Assembly: GCA_038212275.1 (NCBI GenBank)
Contig: JBBQUR010000005.1
Location: 64,001-128,000 of the forward strand
Length of the DNA: 64,000 nucleotides
From: Planctomycetota bacterium
GTDB taxonomy: Bacteria > Planctomycetota > B15-G4
Direction of reading: 5' to 3'
Positions 36,000-45,421 of the stretch are shown here, piece after piece; position 1 is the stretch's first letter, and every line of letters starts with the position of its first letter. The notes beneath the pieces are model-generated. The model was not told the origin of the DNA. It worked only from the letters and a program-made list of their open reading frames with translations, and made no database searches. Position numbers and translations under genes: made by a program.

Positions 36000-37126
36000 T
36001 CGCCTTCGACCTGCATGCGGGGTACGGAGACTTCACGCTCGCCGCGCGGGCCGCCTGGGAAACGCCCATCGCCGCGCTCTTCGGTGCGAGCGGCTCGGGC
36101 AAGAGCACCATCCTGGAGGCGCTGGCGGGTCTGCGCCCGGAGGTCTGCGGCGAGATCACGCTGAACGGCCGGCCCCTGCAGGGCTTGCCGCCGGAGCAGC
36201 GCCGGCTCGGCTGGGTGCCGCAGGACGCGGCCCTGTTCCCGCACCTCACGGTGAGAGGCAACCTCGAGTTCGCGGCGCGTGCGCGCGAGCTACGGAGCCG
36301 CGGCGCGACGGGTCGTCGGGCGCTGGCACATGCTGCGGGGGATGGATCGGCGAGCGCGGTCACGTGTGCGCCGGACGCGACCGGTGACTCGATGGTGCGA
36401 GCCATCGACGCGCTGGAAATCGGCGCGCTGCTGAAGCGCCGCGTCGATGCGCTGTCCGGCGGCGAGCGCCAGCGTGTGGCCATCGCGCGGGCTCTCGCCA
36501 GCGCACCGGAGTTGCTGCTGCTCGACGAGCCGCTTGCGTCGGTGGATCGGCCGCTGCGCGCGCGCATCATTCCGTTTCTCGCCGAGCTGCCGGCGCGCAC
36601 CGGCGTGCCGGTGCTCCTCGTGAGCCACGACCCGCTCGAAGTGCGTGCGCTGGCCAGTCATGTGGTCGTGCTCTCGGCGGGTGAAGTCGTTGCGCAGGGC
36701 GATCCGCGCGACGTGCTCGCCGCAGCCACGGCGCTGGGCAATCTCGAGGCCTTCGCCGCCGAAAATCGCTTCGACGTGAGCGTGCTGCAGCGCGGGCCCG
36801 GGACGCTGAGTCTTTCCACGACGCGAGGCTGCCGGCTGGAGATGGCCGCGATCGAAGGATTTCCCGAGCCGACGCGCGTGGCGGTGCGCGCCGAGGACAT
36901 CCTGCTGGCCAGCGCGCCGCCCGGGCATGTCTCCGCGCAGAACGTGATGGCCGGCCGAGTCACGCTGCTGGAATCGCTCGGACGGCACGTGCTCGTGCAC
37001 GCGACCTGCGGCGACGAGCGCTTCGTCGCTCGCGTCACGGAGCGCGCCTCCTCGGCGTTGCGGCTCGAGCCGGACCGGCAGGTCTTCCTGCTCATCAAGG
37101 CGCACTCGGTGCTGGCGCTGGGGTAG
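35996..37126 (+). CDS. modC: Molybdate ABC transporter ATP-binding protein
   Basis: GASGSGKS, LSGGERQR, LLLLDEP, VSHD, C-terminal SAQN TOBE domain. Confidence 0.93.
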   Translation: MIAFDLHAGYGDFTLAARAAWETPIAALFGASGSGKSTILEALAGLRPEVCGEITLNGRPLQGLPPEQRRLGWVPQDAALFPHLTVRGNLEFAARARELRSRGATGRRALAHAAGDGSASAVTCAPDATGDSMVRAIDALEIGALLKRRVDALSGGERQRVAIARALASAPELLLLDEPLASVDRPLRARIIPFLAELPARTGVPVLLVSHDPLEVRALASHVVVLSAGEVVAQGDPRDVLAAATALGNLEAFAAENRFDVSVLQRGPGTLSLSTTRGCRLEMAAIEGFPEPTRVAVRAEDILLASAPPGHVSAQNVMAGRVTLLESLGRHVLVHATCGDERFVARVTERASSALRLEPDRQVFLLIKAHSVLALG

Positions 37127-37233
37127 GTCTGTCGCAGCTCGCCCCGCAAGCTGCCGTCACCCCGCTCACGGGTGCGGCCAGGCACTGCGCGCGGCGTGTC
37201 CGCACGGTCACGAGTCTGTACCTCCGGCGCCGC

Positions 37234-37291
37234 CCCGGCGCAGACGCCCGGCGCAGACGCCCGGCGCAGACGCCCGGCGCAGACGCCCGGC
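37234..37291. repeat. Intergenic 13-bp tandem repeat x4
   Basis: CCCGGCGCAGACG x4 plus a partial copy. Confidence 0.9.
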
Positions 37292-37399
37292 AGATGCAGC
37301 GTTGATGGAATGCGGTACGGAAGGGAAGATGCGACGGTGCCGTCGAAGCGCGGGGAGCCGGCAGCCGGTGGAATCCGGCAGACGAAGGAGGATGAGGCC

Positions 37400-39169
37400 A
37401 TGAGCGACTTGGCAGGTTCGTGCGCGGCGTTCGTGATCGCCTGCGCGCTCCTCGCGGCTCCGCCCGCAGCCGTTGCGCTGCCCGCCGCTGCTGTGGATCC
37501 CGCCGGTCCCATCGTTCCCGCCGGTCCGGTTGCTCCCGCCGGTCCGGTTGCTCCCGCCGGCCCTGTTGCTCCCGCCGGTCCTGTTGCTCACGCCGGTCCT
37601 GTCGCTCACGCCGGTCCCGTCGTGAACGCGGCGGTGCTCGGCGGCCTCACGCGCGACACGGCGGCGGCGGAACTGCTGAAGGCTGCCGGGGTCGATGGCA
37701 CGGCGAAAGGCAAGACGCTGTTCGAACAGGTCCTCGCCAGCGAGGTGTTCGAGCACGTGGTCGTGGGGCCGTTCGACCTGTACGGCGCGCGCCTCGATGG
37801 CCAGAAGAAGCCTGCGGACCTCAAGAAGGCGATGGGCATGGCGCAGGAAGCGCTGGCCAAGCTGGTCCCCGTGATGCAGAAGCGCTTCCCCGGCAGCGAC
37901 GGCATTCTCTCCGGCCAGCGCTTCCCGATTCTGTTGATGGACAGCGACCGCGACAAGGACGAGAACGGCTTCGACGAGGTGCTGGGGCTGCTCGACCGCT
38001 GCGAGGACGAGGGCTACTCGGGCTGGAAGCCGTGGAGCCGCGTCTGGGACCCGGCCAATCTCGTCGCCGAGTCCTTCCACACGTGGGAGGTGCTCGTCGT
38101 CAACCTCGGGAACAAGGCGATCAACGAGCAGGGGCGACGCGCCTGGTTCGCGCAGCCGTTCGGCTTCGCGGTGCTGCAGGCGCTCGGCCGTCGGGTGCTC
38201 GCGCAGGGCGCGTGGGGCACGCCGGTGCCGTGGATGGCGCAGGGCCTCGTGGACGAGCTGGACATCGAAGCCCACGGGCGCGCGTGGGTGGGCGCCGCCG
38301 ACACGGGCGCCTCTCACAGCTGGTCGACGTCGCGCAGCAGCGGCTTCACGAGCACGGGCTGGTCGGGCTTCCTTCCCGATGGGCAGCAACCGCCGCCGCC
38401 CAAGGTCACCACGACATCCAGCACGACGAGCAAGTCGACCACGACGATGGGCGTTTCCGAGACCTGGGGCGACCGCAACCAGAGCGCGACCCGCCATTGG
38501 CGCGACCTGCTCAACGACCGGAAAGCCAAGCAGCCTGCCGGCTTCCGCGCCATGGCCGAAGCGCAGAGCTTCGATCCGCGCGACCGCGCCTTGTCGCGCC
38601 TCGCGATCTACCTGCTGCTGGACGTGCTGCCCTCCAGCCAGCAGTTGCTCAAGGATCTCGACCGCAAGCCGCAGGTGCCCGGCTCGCTCATGCGCGACAG
38701 CGATCCGCTGCCGGTGATCGTCGCGCGCGCGCTGGGCGGCGTGCCGGCGGTCGATGCCTTCGAGGCGCAGCCGATGCGCGCCGTGCTGACGACGGTCGGG
38801 CGCGACGACCTCATCGCGCGCTTCGAGACCCGCGGCGCCGCGCCGCTGCTCGACCTGACCGATCATCGCAAGCAGGCCGACTGGCTCTACCACCAGCCGA
38901 GCATCGACACGGACTCGCGCCGGCTGCTCGAGCTTGCCATTCAGGAGGCGGAGTTCGAGCAGCAGCGCCACGAGTGGGTGCTCGTGGGTGAGGCGCTCGA
39001 CGTCGCCGTGAACGCGGCCCTCGCCGCCAGCAAGAGCCTGCCCGAGTCGGAGAAGGACCGCGCGAAGGTGGCCGAAGCGATGACCGCCGCGCTCGACACC
39101 TTCCGCGCAGCCGCCGCCGCCGCCGCAGCCGCGGGAGCTGAAGCCGCGGGAGCTGAAGGCGGTCGATGA
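37400..39169 (+). CDS. Secreted hypothetical protein with N-terminal PAGPVA repeats
   Basis: AAGGAGG upstream; signal-peptide-like N-terminus; 18-bp repeat x7 at 37499-37624; host-like codon usage. Confidence 0.78.
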   Translation: MSDLAGSCAAFVIACALLAAPPAAVALPAAAVDPAGPIVPAGPVAPAGPVAPAGPVAPAGPVAHAGPVAHAGPVVNAAVLGGLTRDTAAAELLKAAGVDGTAKGKTLFEQVLASEVFEHVVVGPFDLYGARLDGQKKPADLKKAMGMAQEALAKLVPVMQKRFPGSDGILSGQRFPILLMDSDRDKDENGFDEVLGLLDRCEDEGYSGWKPWSRVWDPANLVAESFHTWEVLVVNLGNKAINEQGRRAWFAQPFGFAVLQALGRRVLAQGAWGTPVPWMAQGLVDELDIEAHGRAWVGAADTGASHSWSTSRSSGFTSTGWSGFLPDGQQPPPPKVTTTSSTTSKSTTTMGVSETWGDRNQSATRHWRDLLNDRKAKQPAGFRAMAEAQSFDPRDRALSRLAIYLLLDVLPSSQQLLKDLDRKPQVPGSLMRDSDPLPVIVARALGGVPAVDAFEAQPMRAVLTTVGRDDLIARFETRGAAPLLDLTDHRKQADWLYHQPSIDTDSRRLLELAIQEAEFEQQRHEWVLVGEALDVAVNAALAASKSLPESEKDRAKVAEAMTAALDTFRAAAAAAAAAGAEAAGAEGGR

Positions 39170-40220
39170 AGCGTCTGGTCGGCATCGGATTGCTGGCGTC
39201 CGTCGCCGCGGTCCTCGTGGGGCTTTCCGATCCGGCCCACCTGGCTGGTGTCGCGCAGGTGGCCCGGGACGGGAGCGCGCTCTACACGGCGCTGCTCGGC
39301 TCCGTGTGGCCGGCCGATGCGCCATCCGACGCACGCCTGCTCATCGTGCCCAGCGCGCTGGTGAGCCAGTTGCCCTTCGAGGCGCTGGTGGTGTCGGCGC
39401 CCGCCGCACCTTAAGACTTCCACGAGCTCGTCTTCGTGCTCGACCGGCACGAGGTCGCCTACGCGCCGTCCGGGCCGGTGCTGGCGCTCATGGATGGAGT
39501 GGCGCCGCGCGAGACGGCCGGCCGGGCGCTCGTGATGGGCGACCCCGTGTATCCGCCCGCCACGACGGCGGTGCCGCGCGGTTCGCGCGACCCGCGCAGC
39601 CTGGGTTTCGTGCGCCTTCCCGGCACGCGCGACGAGGCGCTGGGCATCGCGCAACGCCTGCTGGAGGCCTGGTCACGCGCGACCCCGGACTCCGGCGCGG
39701 GGGCCGTGCTCGCCGGCGCGCGCGCCTCCAACGACGTGGCGCTCGACACGCCCGCGCTGCGCCTGTGCCTCGGCGAAGAAGCGACGACGGCTTCGTCACG
39801 CTGGCCGACGTGCTCGCATTGACGCTGGACGCCGACCTCGCCGTGCTCTCGGCCTGCGTGACGGGCCTCGGTCGCGAGCGTCGCGGCGAGGGCACGCAGT
39901 CGCTGGCGCGCGCCTTCCTGTATGCCGGAGCACGCTCGGAGGTCGCCAGCCTCTGGCAGGTGGACGATCGCGAGACCGAACGCACGATGCAGGACTTCTA
40001 CGAGGGTCTCGCCGTGCGCGGCATGACGGCATCGGAGGCGCTGCGCGAAGCTCGCCTCGCGATCCGGCGCGCGGCTGCCGCGCCCGATTCCTTTCGTGGC
40101 GTCGGACGCGGCAAGTTGCTGACCCACATGGACGGACCGGTGCCGGCGACGACCGGGCGACCCGAGCTGGCGGCCATCCCTTCTTCTGGGCCGCCTTCAC
40201 CGACATCGGGCCGCCCGACT
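39166..40220 (+). pseudogene. Disrupted CHAT-domain (caspase-like) protease gene
   Basis: CHAT motifs LLIVP..LPFEAL, YAPS, LPGTRDEA, DG.VTL...LAVLSACVTG, SLARAFLYAGA, SLWQVDD and HPFFWAAF are spread over three frames; in-frame TAA at 39412-39414. Confidence 0.85.
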
Positions 40221-40391
40221 TCACGCCGCTCTGCGCGCGCCGCTGCGCGCGCCGCTGCTCGGGGCGCTGCTCGGCGCGCGGTGAAGTGCAGGTCAGGGCG
40301 CGCTGCCGCGCATACCCTGCTGCCGCGCTCGGGCCGTTTCGACCGGAGGGGGAGGCTGCGGTAGCCTGCGGCCACACCGCTTGGAGGGCAC

Positions 40392-40841
40392 ATGACGTCA
40401 CTCTTCGAGAGCCGCGGACTTTCCGAAGCGCTGCGGCGCATCGAGCGCCTGCGCGCCGACTCGCCGCGCGCCTGGGGGACGATGAGTCCGGCGCAGATGT
40501 GCGCGCACTGCTCGATCGCGTCCGAGCTCGCTCTCGGCGATCGCCGCGGGAGGCAGGCGCTGCTCGGGAAGCTGCTGTCGCCGTTCGTCAAGTCGTCGAT
40601 GCTCGGCAGCAAGCCGTTTCCGAGGAACAGCCCCACGTCGCCGCTGCTCGTCGTCACCGACGCGCGCGACTTCGAGGTCGAGCGACGAAGGCTCGTGGTG
40701 CTCGTCACGCGCTTCGGCAAGGGCGGCCCGTCGAAGACCACGCGCGATCCGCACCTCTTCTTCGGTCGGCTGAGCGGCGAGCAATGGGGGGCGCTCATGT
40801 CCAAGCACCTCGGCCATCACCTCGCGCAGTTCGGCGTGTGA
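40392..40841 (+). CDS. DUF1569 family (DinB-like) protein
   Basis: GGAGG RBS; WGTMSPAQMCAHC, HLFFGRLSGEQW...KHLGHHLAQFG. Confidence 0.85.
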   Translation: MTSLFESRGLSEALRRIERLRADSPRAWGTMSPAQMCAHCSIASELALGDRRGRQALLGKLLSPFVKSSMLGSKPFPRNSPTSPLLVVTDARDFEVERRRLVVLVTRFGKGGPSKTTRDPHLFFGRLSGEQWGALMSKHLGHHLAQFGV

Positions 40842-40884
40842 GTCAGCCGGCCACCGGCGCCTGCACCGCACGCGCCATGGCGGC

Positions 40885-43800
40885 TCAGGGATCGCCCGCG
40901 AAGCGCCACGCCGGCATGTTGTCGCGAGCAGGCATCGCATCGTGCGTCGGCATCGCGTCGCGCGGCGGGATCGCGTCGTGCGTCGGTATCGCGTCACGCG
41001 TCGGCATCGCATCGCGAGCCGCCGGCGACGTGTCGCTGGACTCCAGCGCCGCGCGGATGAGCTTCACGGGCATGGAGTTCTGCGCGAGGACCGCGTCGTG
41101 GAACTCGCGCTCCGTCCAGCGCGCACCGGTCGCGGGGTTCGTGCGGCCGGGTCGCGCTGCCGCAGCGTCGCCAGCGTCGCCCAGGTCACCGCGCTCCGCC
41201 GTGCTGCCGACCAGCTCGTCGTGCAGCGCGCGGAGCTGCAGGCCTCCGATCATGTAGGCGCACTGGTAGAGCGGGCCGTAGTTGCCGCCGATGTAGCGGC
41301 GCACCTCGCTCGTCGCGCCGGCCTTCTCGTGGCCCACGCGGTCCACGAGGAAGTCGATCATCTCCTGCGGCTGCATCTCGCCGAGATGGAACTTCAGCGA
41401 AACGATGATGCGCGCGGCTCGGTGCATGCGCCAGAAGAGCATGCCGATGCGGTCTTCGGGGCTCTGCGGCCAGCCCAGTTCCCAGAAGCGCATTTCCCAG
41501 TACAGCGCCCAGCCTTCGACGAGGAAGGGCGTGGAGAACATGCCGCGCTGCGTGTTGCTGCGCGCCGCAACGAAACCCTGCAGGTGGTGGCCCGGAATGA
41601 GTTCGTGCGGCACGACGATCCGCGAGAAGTGCACGTTGTTGCCGCGCATCGTCATGAGCTTCGTCTCGGTGTCCATGTCGCGCGTCGGGTAGGCGACGAG
41701 CACATCCTGCCCGCCGTATGCGGCGTAGGGCAGCGTGCGTTGGGTGTCCGCGTCGATCATGCGCACGCGCCAGGTCTCGCGGCACAGGTCGGGGATGGTG
41801 ATGAGGTCATTGCCGTCGAGGAAGGCGATGGCTTCCTTTGCCTGCTCCGTGACGAGCCTGTCCTGCTCGCCGGGCGGGACGTGATCGGCCTTCACGACGG
41901 CGAGCGCGGCCTTCCAGTCCTCGCCGAAACCCATCTCGGCGGAGGCGAGCTTCAGCTGGGTCTCGCACCACGCGAACTCGCGCTCGCCGATCGCGAGCAG
42001 TTCCTCGGGCGAGTAGTCGATCATCTCGGCGGCGAGGTCGTCCACGAGCGCGTCGCGCCCGATCGGGTCGCCGACGAGCGGATCCTCGTCTTTGCCGTGC
42101 AGGCCGGCGATGTCCTCGCGCAGCAGCCTGGCGTAGTCGTTCAGCGCGGCGATCGTCGCGTCGTACGGCTTGCGCGTCCACCACGAGAACCCCGGCGAGA
42201 ACTCGTCGTAGTGCGCGAACCAGGTGTCGAGTGCGCGCCGCAGCCCGTTCAGCTCGCGCGCCGCCCGCTGCGCGATCACGGGAGTGGTGGTGAGCGGGGC
42301 GTCGGCGGCGGGCTTCGACTCCAACTGGACATCGTCCGCAGGAGGCTGCGGCATGGCCGGCGGCGGAGTCGGCGTCGCATTGCCGGCGGTCGCGGAAGGC
42401 AGCAAGGTTCGTGCGACGAATGGCCGTCCCAGGGCTGCCGCCATGGCCTCGGCAAGCTGCTGGTATCGCCACGGTGCCTCGAGCGCGAAGGCGGTCGCGG
42501 CCGTCGTGCCGACGCGGCCAAGCATCCGGCCATCGGCGTCGTCTCGCGGATCCCATGAGCCGCGCGCTCCGTCGTCCATTCGCTGCAATCGCGTGGCGGT
42601 GTCGACGAGCGAATGCCACCAATCGGTCTGCCCGACATCGCCCGCCTGCCGGAGCGCGTGCGCGCCGAAGAACCACGTGACCGGGTCGTTCAGGTCCCGC
42701 GGATTGCCGTCGCCGGGCCTCGAGGCGAGCAGCGCAGCCAGCGCCTGATCGTTGAGGCCACGGCTTCCGAGGCGGAACTCTCCGGGGTCGCTGAGCTGGC
42801 GGGCCAGCAACGCGGCCGCGACGCGCAGCACCTCGGGTGAGTCGCTCGGAGGCGACGCGCCATCGCCCGGTGCGGCTCCCGGTCGCTCTGCACGACCCGC
42901 CGCCGGCGTGACGGCAATCATCGCGTCGAGCGAAGACAGCGCCTCCTCGATGGCCGTATCGTCGGGCGCATCGGGCATCCTCATGTCGCGCGCCACGGCC
43001 GCGGTCATCAGCGCGAGGCATGTGAGGGAGGCGTCGCCGATCAGGTCGGCGCCGCCGGCCTCAGTCATCGCATCGTGCCAGCCCGCGCCCGGTGTCCGCA
43101 GCGTGGAGAGATGCCGCAGCGCTCGTTCCGTCGGGGCCTTGAAGAGGCGATTCCTCGTCATCAAGAAGGTCTCGCTGAGCGCCATGGTCGCGACGATGTG
43201 ATCCAAGGTGGGCACGGGCTGCTGCGGCCCCGCAAAGCTCCCATCGGCCGACTGCCGCGCGATGAGGTAGCGCAACCCTCGCGCAACACTTGCGTGATGC
43301 AGACCTATCTTGTCCGTGTTGTCGTCGCCGAGCATGGCCAGCAGTGCGAGCGCCGTGATGCCCACGTCGTGCTGCGGGTCGGCCATGCCTCCGCACGGCG
43401 GTCCGCCATGCGCGACGCACTGGGCGTCGAGTGTGAGGCCAGACCACGAGCCATCGGCCGCCTGATGCCGGGCGAGCCAAGTGAGCGCTGAGGTGATGGC
43501 CTGTCCGTGAGGAGCGGCGCGTGCCTTGTCGCAAGCGTGTCCGCGTCCCCAGAACAGCTTGTCGCGCAGCCGTGGCGGCGTTTCCGTGCGCGTCGGCTCC
43601 GGCATCGTGACGTCGTGCACGGATGAAGTCGGAGCGGCCTGCGTCGCTGAGGGTACGGCCACCGGATACGGCGGCTCCGCATCAGGCGCGTTGAGGTGCC
43701 AGCCGAGGAGCGAGTCGTAGCGGAAGAACACCTCGCAGGTCAGCGCGTCGAGCGCGGTCGTGCACGCGCGGCCGGCTTCGGAGCACCACGCATCGGCCTC

Positions 43801-45399
43801 GGGATCCCAGGAGCCGGCCAGCTCGCCATCGTGCTGCTGATGTGCCAGCACGTTCTCCTGCATCGATGTCTCCCACGCCCGCCACGCGGCGCCTGCATCG
43901 GCGTCGCGAAGTTCGTTCGCGAACCAGAGTGCGGTCGAGCCGAAGAACCAGTCGTGAGCGGCGCAGCGTCCGGAACCTGCAGTGGCCGCGGCCGGCGGCT
44001 GCTCGGCGATGAACGTGACTTGCTTGTGGATGAGGCTCAAGATGCTCGGCCTGCCAAGAGTGGTGTGGTCGAGCAGTCGGGCCAGCAGGCTGATGGAGGT
44101 CATGAGTCGTGCGCTGTCGCCCGGCGAGGCCGGCGCGGCCTGATCCTGCGGGTGAAGCTCGAAAGTCCGGTCGCTCGTGATGCCGCTCGCCTCATCGGTG
44201 AGTTCATCGAGGCGTGCCAGCGCGTCCTTCAAGGCCGTGTCATCGACGGCGAGCGTGGAGTCATGCGCCAGGCCGAGAGCGAGCACGGCCCAGCCCGTGA
44301 TCCAGAGATCCTCGTCCTGAAGCGGTGCTGCCGGATGCGCTTCGGCTGCGGCGCGCCAGAGTGTCCCGGGCCCGCGCATCGCCACGAGGTGGCGCAGCGC
44401 GCGCTCGGCGGGCAGACGCAACACCTTGTCGTGCGTGAGCGCCCAGCCATCGACGAGCGCAAGCGTCGCCACGGCATTCCCGTAGTGCGATGCACGTGCC
44501 GGGCCTTCGGCAAAACTGCCATCGGCCTGCTGCGCCCCGATGAGGGCGCGCAATCCTCGCAGCACGTTCGACGTCGCCGGAGCGCGTTGCCCCGGCACGC
44601 TGCCAGTGCCCATGAGTGCGAGCAGCGGCAACGCAGTTGCTGTCACGTCGAACGAGGTGCCTGTCGCGCTCTCGCCCGCCGGCCACGTGCCGTCCTCATG
44701 CTGGTTCGACTGGAACCACCAGACCAGATCCGAATGAACGTGCCACGGTGTGTCGGCATGGTTCTGGCTGGGTTTCGGAAGCGGTGGCAGTGGTTCCCAG
44801 GCCATGGCAGGCGCGGCTGTCGGAGCCTCTGCCGCCTTGGCGCCCTTGCCCTTCTCCACGCGCTCCTTGATGGCCTTGACCTGCTTGGCCAGCGCGTCGA
44901 GTTGCGTGGCGGCTGCTTCCGGGTCGACGGGGGCGAGGTGCCAGCGCGCTTCTTCCAGCGCGGCGATCTCGTCGGCGAAGGGAAGCAGCGGCGACGTCTC
45001 GGTGAGCTTGACGCGCGTCGCGGCGCGGTGGTTGTCGGCGGAGCGGATCTCGTTGCGCAGCAGCAGCCAGTCGATGCGGCCGTCGGCGTCGAGCGCGTCC
45101 ACGTCGAGCGCCTCGAGGCGCGCGAGCCACGCGGCGTCGAGCGCATCCTCGCGGGCCAGCCGCGCCGGCGAGCGATCGATGGTGTAGAAGTCGCGCACAG
45201 ACGCGCTGTCCGACGCGAACTCCGCGATGAGCGCACGCATGTCGGGCGCGGCCGCTCCCGCCGCGCCGGCACGAGCGACGGCGGCGGCCGGCGCGGGTCG
45301 AGCGGGCGGCGGAGCGTCGGCCGCGCCGCCGGCGAGGCACGCGCCCGCCCCGAGCAATCCGGCCAGTGCGAGGACGGGCAACAGCGAGCGCATCGGCAT
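40885..45399 (-). CDS. DUF885 family exported metallopeptidase-like protein carrying an internal tandem prenyltransferase/terpene-cyclase-like insert
   Basis: Signal/lipobox-like N-terminus; DUF885 motifs GDPIGR, HELIPGHHLQ, EGWALYWE, RMHRAARI, PLYQCAYMIG; insert at about 42300-44820 with Q..DG(S/T)(W/F) repeats; C-terminal 18-bp DAxPxx repeats. Confidence 0.85.
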   Translation of the reverse strand: MPMRSLLPVLALAGLLGAGACLAGGAADAPPPARPAPAAAVARAGAAGAAAPDMRALIAEFASDSASVRDFYTIDRSPARLAREDALDAAWLARLEALDVDALDADGRIDWLLLRNEIRSADNHRAATRVKLTETSPLLPFADEIAALEEARWHLAPVDPEAAATQLDALAKQVKAIKERVEKGKGAKAAEAPTAAPAMAWEPLPPLPKPSQNHADTPWHVHSDLVWWFQSNQHEDGTWPAGESATGTSFDVTATALPLLALMGTGSVPGQRAPATSNVLRGLRALIGAQQADGSFAEGPARASHYGNAVATLALVDGWALTHDKVLRLPAERALRHLVAMRGPGTLWRAAAEAHPAAPLQDEDLWITGWAVLALGLAHDSTLAVDDTALKDALARLDELTDEASGITSDRTFELHPQDQAAPASPGDSARLMTSISLLARLLDHTTLGRPSILSLIHKQVTFIAEQPPAAATAGSGRCAAHDWFFGSTALWFANELRDADAGAAWRAWETSMQENVLAHQQHDGELAGSWDPEADAWCSEAGRACTTALDALTCEVFFRYDSLLGWHLNAPDAEPPYPVAVPSATQAAPTSSVHDVTMPEPTRTETPPRLRDKLFWGRGHACDKARAAPHGQAITSALTWLARHQAADGSWSGLTLDAQCVAHGGPPCGGMADPQHDVGITALALLAMLGDDNTDKIGLHHASVARGLRYLIARQSADGSFAGPQQPVPTLDHIVATMALSETFLMTRNRLFKAPTERALRHLSTLRTPGAGWHDAMTEAGGADLIGDASLTCLALMTAAVARDMRMPDAPDDTAIEEALSSLDAMIAVTPAAGRAERPGAAPGDGASPPSDSPEVLRVAAALLARQLSDPGEFRLGSRGLNDQALAALLASRPGDGNPRDLNDPVTWFFGAHALRQAGDVGQTDWWHSLVDTATRLQRMDDGARGSWDPRDDADGRMLGRVGTTAATAFALEAPWRYQQLAEAMAAALGRPFVARTLLPSATAGNATPTPPPAMPQPPADDVQLESKPAADAPLTTTPVIAQRAARELNGLRRALDTWFAHYDEFSPGFSWWTRKPYDATIAALNDYARLLREDIAGLHGKDEDPLVGDPIGRDALVDDLAAEMIDYSPEELLAIGEREFAWCETQLKLASAEMGFGEDWKAALAVVKADHVPPGEQDRLVTEQAKEAIAFLDGNDLITIPDLCRETWRVRMIDADTQRTLPYAAYGGQDVLVAYPTRDMDTETKLMTMRGNNVHFSRIVVPHELIPGHHLQGFVAARSNTQRGMFSTPFLVEGWALYWEMRFWELGWPQSPEDRIGMLFWRMHRAARIIVSLKFHLGEMQPQEMIDFLVDRVGHEKAGATSEVRRYIGGNYGPLYQCAYMIGGLQLRALHDELVGSTAERGDLGDAGDAAAARPGRTNPATGARWTEREFHDAVLAQNSMPVKLIRAALESSDTSPAARDAMPTRDAIPTHDAIPPRDAMPTHDAMPARDNMPAWRFAGDP

Positions 45400-45421
45400 C
45401 TCTCCGGGTGACTTGCCGCGG

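Noticed and set aside
37234..37624. Repeat arrays as CRISPR
   Set aside because: Units are 9-18 bp and directly tandem with no unique spacers; no cas genes are present.
39412..39414. Stop-codon readthrough or programmed frameshifting in the CHAT gene
   Set aside because: TAA is not a Sec/Pyl codon and the catalytic His segment is missing, so decay is the simpler explanation.
42300..44820. Insert in the DUF885 gene as an intein or mobile element
   Set aside because: No Cys/Ser start with His-Asn end, no homing endonuclease or transposase motifs, and no terminal repeats seen.
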